Part shown: piece by piece, positions 15,818 through 20,000 of the stretch | Position numbering within the stretch: position 1 is the stretch's first letter | Layout: every line of letters begins with the position of its first letter | IMG/VR virus record: IMGVR_UViG_3300037067_002170 | Span: 45,383 to 65,382 of that record | Strand: one strand, 5' to 3' | From: an uncultured virus (IMG/VR IMGVR_UViG_3300037067_002170) | Lineage: Duplodnaviria > Heunggongvirae > Uroviricota > Caudoviricetes | DNA length: 20,000 nucleotides | Made by a program: the position numbers and the translations under genes | Notes under the pieces: model-generated | What the model was told of the DNA's origin: nothing | Database searches by the model: none | What the model saw: only the letters and a program-made list of their open reading frames with translations

Positions 15818-15961
15818 GTGGAAATGATTCAGTGCAGAAAATGTCTTACCACCCAGGAGTATAAGGGTGAGAAATGCGTAGTCTGCGGTAAACCATTTCT
15901 TGGTCCGTATGTTCCCGAAGCAAAGAAACCCAAACGATCACGTAAGAAGAAGGAGGCGTAA
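15818..15961 (+). CDS. Small zinc-ribbon protein with basic tail (47 aa), not in the ORF track
   Basis: AAGGA RBS and GTG start. MEMIQCRKCLTTQEYKGEKCVVCGKPFLGPYVPEAKKPKRSRKKKEA has CxxC-x10-CxxC and is TAATG-coupled to the next gene. Confidence 0.7.
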   Translation: MEMIQCRKCLTTQEYKGEKCVVCGKPFLGPYVPEAKKPKRSRKKKEA

Positions 15962-16881
15962 TGACTTCCGCTGAATATTTAACATCTATTCGTCAGTGGT
16001 TGAACGATGAAGTATCTACCACTTACAAATGGACTACCTCCGAGCTTATCAATTATATTAACTATGCGTTTGATGAGCTGGCTAGGGACTCCGAGTATTT
16101 TAAGGATGCATACACTAGTGCAGTAGCAGAGGTAACACTTGTTGCTGGAACATCTGATTATGCTCTAGATTCTCGTGTTACCAAGATAAACTCGGTCAGG
16201 ATGGCCGGAGAAACCACAAACTTGGATAGTATTTCCACACACGATCTAACGGAATACTCTATTACGTGGCGTTATAATAACTCGTTATACGGTGCGGACA
16301 TCTCGTTTGCCGATAGTAATCCAGACACGATCATATCGACCACTACTGACCTCACTAGCGCCGACTTTGGTGATACAGACTACCTGGAAATCAGTGGGTG
16401 TGTGACAGCTGCCAACAACAAGGTGGTGCTTTCCGCCTCTATTGCTGAACACCTTATCACGCTAGCAACGGCTGCTACACTTACGGCCAGGGTTGCGGGC
16501 GACCCAATTTTGCTGCGCTCTGTTAATGTTGGCACTCCAACTAAATACACCCTTGATTATAGAGATGGGTATATTACGTTGTTTCCCGCCCCTGACACTG
16601 CCAATAAGTTGTTCATGCATGTAGACCGCTGGCCTCTTACTCCGTGGACTTCGGCCAACTATGGAACGGAGAGCGTACCGTTTAATGCCCACTATCATCA
16701 AGAGCTAGTACACGGTCCCTTGTCCCTTGCTTATCTTAAATCTGGACCATCTACGTTTAATGTTGATAAAGCTTCTATACACAAAGGGGAGTTCACCCTT
16801 CTGAAAAAGAAGATCAAAAGAGATCTACTTAACCTAAGGGGGAAATCGGCAAATCTTTCACCAGCACGTGGGGCATTGTAA
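15961..16881 (+). CDS. Head-tail adaptor/connector protein with internal inserted domain
   Basis: IRQWLND...W...ELINYINYA, L.AGTSDYALD, GTPTKY...ITLFPAPD and P....YH..LV....LAYLK motifs of podoviral adaptors. Confidence 0.7.
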   Translation: MTSAEYLTSIRQWLNDEVSTTYKWTTSELINYINYAFDELARDSEYFKDAYTSAVAEVTLVAGTSDYALDSRVTKINSVRMAGETTNLDSISTHDLTEYSITWRYNNSLYGADISFADSNPDTIISTTTDLTSADFGDTDYLEISGCVTAANNKVVLSASIAEHLITLATAATLTARVAGDPILLRSVNVGTPTKYTLDYRDGYITLFPAPDTANKLFMHVDRWPLTPWTSANYGTESVPFNAHYHQELVHGPLSLAYLKSGPSTFNVDKASIHKGEFTLLKKKIKRDLLNLRGKSANLSPARGAL

Positions 16882-19220
16882 TGGCGAATCCAACTCTGAG
16901 ATCCAAGTCCCATGCGATAGAAGGGGTACGTATAGTGCCAGAGATGGACTATATCCCGTTTCAAGGTGGAATGGATACCTACCACGAGATATATCAGTTG
17001 CCCCTGTCTGGATATTCTAATATCGTCAATTATCGCCCTATGCGTCCAGGGTTTCGCAAACGCAAGGGAGCCCTCAAGTTGCACAGCACACCCGATAGCT
17101 CCAACAAGGTAATGTCGATGTATATGTACTCCAAAGGCAAACAGTCGTCGTTGGAGTTTTTTGCGCAGATGAGTGATGGCGATGTACTAAAGGCCACCAA
17201 TAATCCTCCTGCTGTTACAACTGGGGCGTTCGGATCTGCCGCATACACGTCAGCCGCGCCCTCAACCATGCTACCCGCTTCCTGGGCTATCATCAACGAT
17301 CGGATGATGTATGCTGATGGCACTAATGGAGGCAAGATATATTCCTCTACCAACGAGAAGGTTGGTGGGTTCATCGTCTATATCGGGGCAGAGACTATCC
17401 CTGTTATCCCCACTAAGGGTGAGGACTGGACGTTGCAGGTGATAGATGACAGCTTGACTACATATGCTGAGGTTGGGTCTCTTTCTACCCTTGCAGCATA
17501 TGACTGTATCTATATCAAAACAGATACCCCCGCTAACACGTTTAATTTCCTCTTCAGCGCATTAAATGTCGATGCCGCAGTGTTCCAGTTGCACTATTGG
17601 AACGGCGACTGGGCGGCAACGTCAGGCTTCTCAGACGGTACTTCGTTAACCTCCTGTGGATTTGGACAACCTGGAGCAATGACATGGACCGATACGACAG
17701 ACCATCGTCCACATTATATGTTTGGGCAACCCGGATATTGGTATCGTTTGTCGTTGGCATCTGGAGCCCTTAGCGCTGGAGCCCAGGTGTGTTCGGTAAC
17801 CTACAACTCTAGTTGGAACTCCCTTCAGAATGTGTGGGACGGTATTCCCATTGCTGCTGCCGAAAGCTATGTCTATAACGCAGACGATGCTACATATGCA
17901 TTCTACGCTAGTTCCTCTATTGATATTGGCGGTATGACATCAACCGGCAAGTATTACTTCAACTCCAAGTATCCAGTGATCGGGATGTATGTGTCGGTTG
18001 GTAGTGTACCAAATACAACGGCAGCTACGACAGCGGCTATTAAGTACTGGAACTCTACGAGTTTTACTGCTGTAGCCGGGACATCCGACGCCACCATTGA
18101 GGATGCTAAGTCTCACGCTAAGGATGGATGGATCACTTGGAATCATCCTACCGATGAACAGCCGACCATGTTCCAATCAGCCGAGTACTTCTCCTACTGG
18201 TATGAGGTTAGTTTCGATACTACCATTGCAGACGACATGACTATCAGTGTAGAGGTTATGCCGTACTTATCTATGGATGACTACGGGAACTGCTTGGCAC
18301 TATCTACCTTCAAGACACGCATGGCATATGGATATAAGTATCTCCCCGGATACGTGTTACTCTCTGCGAGTATCAACCCCATGACGCTGGAAGGATCTGA
18401 TGCTATCATTCGAGACATTGGAGATGGTAGGGCTAACGATATTACCTGCATCAAGAAGTTCTACAATGAGATCATCGTATGGCAGGCAGAGAAGGGCAAG
18501 GATGGTGGGTGTACAACTCTCGTTGAGGGATACGATAAGGACACCATCGGTATCAGGTTGATCTCCACCAAGTACGGAACGTTCTCTGCCAAGTCAGCAG
18601 TGGTTGTGGAGGATGTGCCCTTTGGAAGTTCGCTGAATGTATCTGGAGCTGGTGAATTATCGTCCTCCCCAAAGCGCGCTACAGTTGCTTTCTTCCTCTC
18701 TCGCGAGGGAGTCCTCATGACAGATGGCAAGGATGTGCACGTTGTATCTCAAGTGATTCGTAACTATTTCGATCCCACTGATGCAGACTGTATCCGCAGG
18801 GGATACGAGACAGAGCACTGGATCGACTATGACTCAACCTACCAGGTAGTTAAGGTTGGGCTGGTTACTGGAGCATCTGCTACAGTGCCAAATACATTCT
18901 TGATATATGACATACTGAACGGCTCCTGGTCGAGCGACACCAACGCACAGGCCTTCTCTTGCCATACAGAAACAGAAGCAGCCTCAGGGCAGTTCCCGAT
19001 AGTTCAGGTGGGCGGTGGTACGAACGATGGAACGATCCATTTACTCAATACCGGACTTACTGACAATGGCACCACGATTACATGTAGGGCAAAGATGGAG
19101 TTTGATGGACGTGGACACAATCTGCACATTGAGGAAGCAGTAATAAGATCATCCGGGGATCTTTCGGTCATTCCATACACCGAAAACACCCCCGGAACAA
19201 CCATAGTAATTACAGCATAG
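16881..19220 (+). CDS. Tail nozzle / head-stabilisation protein (P22 gp10- or T7 gp12-like position) with insertions
   Basis: FQGGMD...N..P...G.RKRKG N-terminus, beta-propeller-like strands, YGTFSAKS, FFLSREGV..TDG; follows the adaptor with TAATG coupling. Confidence 0.65.
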   Translation: MANPTLRSKSHAIEGVRIVPEMDYIPFQGGMDTYHEIYQLPLSGYSNIVNYRPMRPGFRKRKGALKLHSTPDSSNKVMSMYMYSKGKQSSLEFFAQMSDGDVLKATNNPPAVTTGAFGSAAYTSAAPSTMLPASWAIINDRMMYADGTNGGKIYSSTNEKVGGFIVYIGAETIPVIPTKGEDWTLQVIDDSLTTYAEVGSLSTLAAYDCIYIKTDTPANTFNFLFSALNVDAAVFQLHYWNGDWAATSGFSDGTSLTSCGFGQPGAMTWTDTTDHRPHYMFGQPGYWYRLSLASGALSAGAQVCSVTYNSSWNSLQNVWDGIPIAAAESYVYNADDATYAFYASSSIDIGGMTSTGKYYFNSKYPVIGMYVSVGSVPNTTAATTAAIKYWNSTSFTAVAGTSDATIEDAKSHAKDGWITWNHPTDEQPTMFQSAEYFSYWYEVSFDTTIADDMTISVEVMPYLSMDDYGNCLALSTFKTRMAYGYKYLPGYVLLSASINPMTLEGSDAIIRDIGDGRANDITCIKKFYNEIIVWQAEKGKDGGCTTLVEGYDKDTIGIRLISTKYGTFSAKSAVVVEDVPFGSSLNVSGAGELSSSPKRATVAFFLSREGVLMTDGKDVHVVSQVIRNYFDPTDADCIRRGYETEHWIDYDSTYQVVKVGLVTGASATVPNTFLIYDILNGSWSSDTNAQAFSCHTETEAASGQFPIVQVGGGTNDGTIHLLNTGLTDNGTTITCRAKMEFDGRGHNLHIEEAVIRSSGDLSVIPYTENTPGTTIVITA

Positions 19221-19232
19221 GAGGATATACCA

Positions 19233-19661
19233 GTGGCCATAACGTTCACCTTATATGATTCATACGACCAGTATGTGCATGATGGCACGATAAATTTAAA
19301 CAATACAGGCAAGGTGATGCTGGCTCTTGTAACCAGTTCATACACCTTCTCGGCAGCACACACCATCTGGGGTGACGCATCTGCAAATGAAGTTGCTAGC
19401 GGGGATGGATACACCACTGGTGGTGCTGCTATCGGAACTCTGGCTGTGTCTGCCACTAAGTTCTCGTCTGCTAACGTGACAATCTCAGCGCTCACCAAGA
19501 CATTCCGCAGAGGTATACTATATATTAACGACACGGTTAACGGGATTGTTAAGCCACTCATTGGGGCCATCCTGTACGATTCCACCCCTGCGGATATTTC
19601 GATTACTGGTGGAGACTTCGTTACTCAGGTCCCAGCCTCTGGATGGATTGCGTTTGGATAA
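19233..19661 (+). CDS. Tail-associated structural protein
   Basis: AGGAGG RBS and GTG start; KVMLALVTSSYTF...H......NEVASGDGYTTGG motif of a recurrent phage tail-fibre adaptor-like family. Confidence 0.6.
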   Translation: MAITFTLYDSYDQYVHDGTINLNNTGKVMLALVTSSYTFSAAHTIWGDASANEVASGDGYTTGGAAIGTLAVSATKFSSANVTISALTKTFRRGILYINDTVNGIVKPLIGAILYDSTPADISITGGDFVTQVPASGWIAFG

Positions 19662-19664
19662 CCA

Positions 19665-20000
19665 ATGGCCGATGTAACCTCAGCAGCATATTCGCATTAC
19701 ACGGATGCCTCCCAGCCTGGGCAGACCGATGGTACCTACGTAAGCGATAACGATACGGGGACGTACATCCAGACGTTCACGTATATTGCCATCGACCTTG
19801 GTGTTGGTAACGCCAAGACAGTCACTACCCTTAAGACATACTCTCTAAATGCTGCATCTAAGGGCGCGTTGCAGGCGGGAACATTCTACGGTTCCAACGA
19901 CACAACTAACGGGGTAGATGGCTCATGGACATCGTTATCCACTCTCGCTGCTCTTGACGTAGATACTGGATGGGACGATACAGCGTTTGCGAATACAACA
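19665..20000 (+). CDS. Tail/fibre protein with discoidin (F5/8 C)-like N-terminal domain, 3'-truncated
   Basis: Open to the window end: MADVTSAAYSHY...SDNDTGTY...IAIDLGVGNAKTVT..K.Y...GTFYGSND....W, the pattern of a discoidin/galactose-binding fold. Confidence 0.6.
   Translation, partial: MADVTSAAYSHYTDASQPGQTDGTYVSDNDTGTYIQTFTYIAIDLGVGNAKTVTTLKTYSLNAASKGALQAGTFYGSNDTTNGVDGSWTSLSTLAALDVDTGWDDTAFANTT

Noticed and set aside
19004..19585. 193-aa minus-strand ORF and the other antisense or alternate-frame ORFs in the track (e.g. 1152-1625, 8861-9310, 9383-9808, 167-604)
   Set aside because: They fully overlap well-supported + strand genes and show no recognisable motifs; they are likely shadow ORFs.
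1..20000. CRISPR array, tRNA/rRNA, IS element, DGR template/variable repeat pair
   Set aside because: By eye I found no regularly spaced repeats, cloverleaf, transposase, reverse transcriptase or long near-identical DNA repeat; a self dot-plot would be needed to exclude subtle ones.

Overview
A 20 kb segment of a tailed dsDNA phage or prophage, probably podovirus-like, with all credible genes on the + strand. Gene order: terminase large subunit (5'-truncated); portal; a ~5 kb block of accessory virion fibre/decoration genes; a lysis-type cassette (membrane proteins, GH24 lysozyme, DUF1353-like); a promoter-like region with a perfect GAAC-N4-GTTC (LexA-type) palindrome; a small head gene; scaffold; major capsid; decoration and beta-helix proteins; head-tail adaptor; tail nozzle; tail-associated genes. 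Two essential head genes are interrupted by self-splicing elements. The portal carries an Ala1 class-3 (W-C-T) LAGLIDADG intein at 2775-3806. The major capsid gene is split by a group I intron at 13195-13962, whose HNH-like endonuclease ORF starts in the P5 loop and reads through the ribozyme core. Also noted: a nested 'carrier' domain repeated in two virion proteins, a shared N-terminal peptide, tandem motif hairpins before the scaffold gene, and four small ORFs missing from the ORF track. All family assignments come from motif recognition by eye; no database searches were run.
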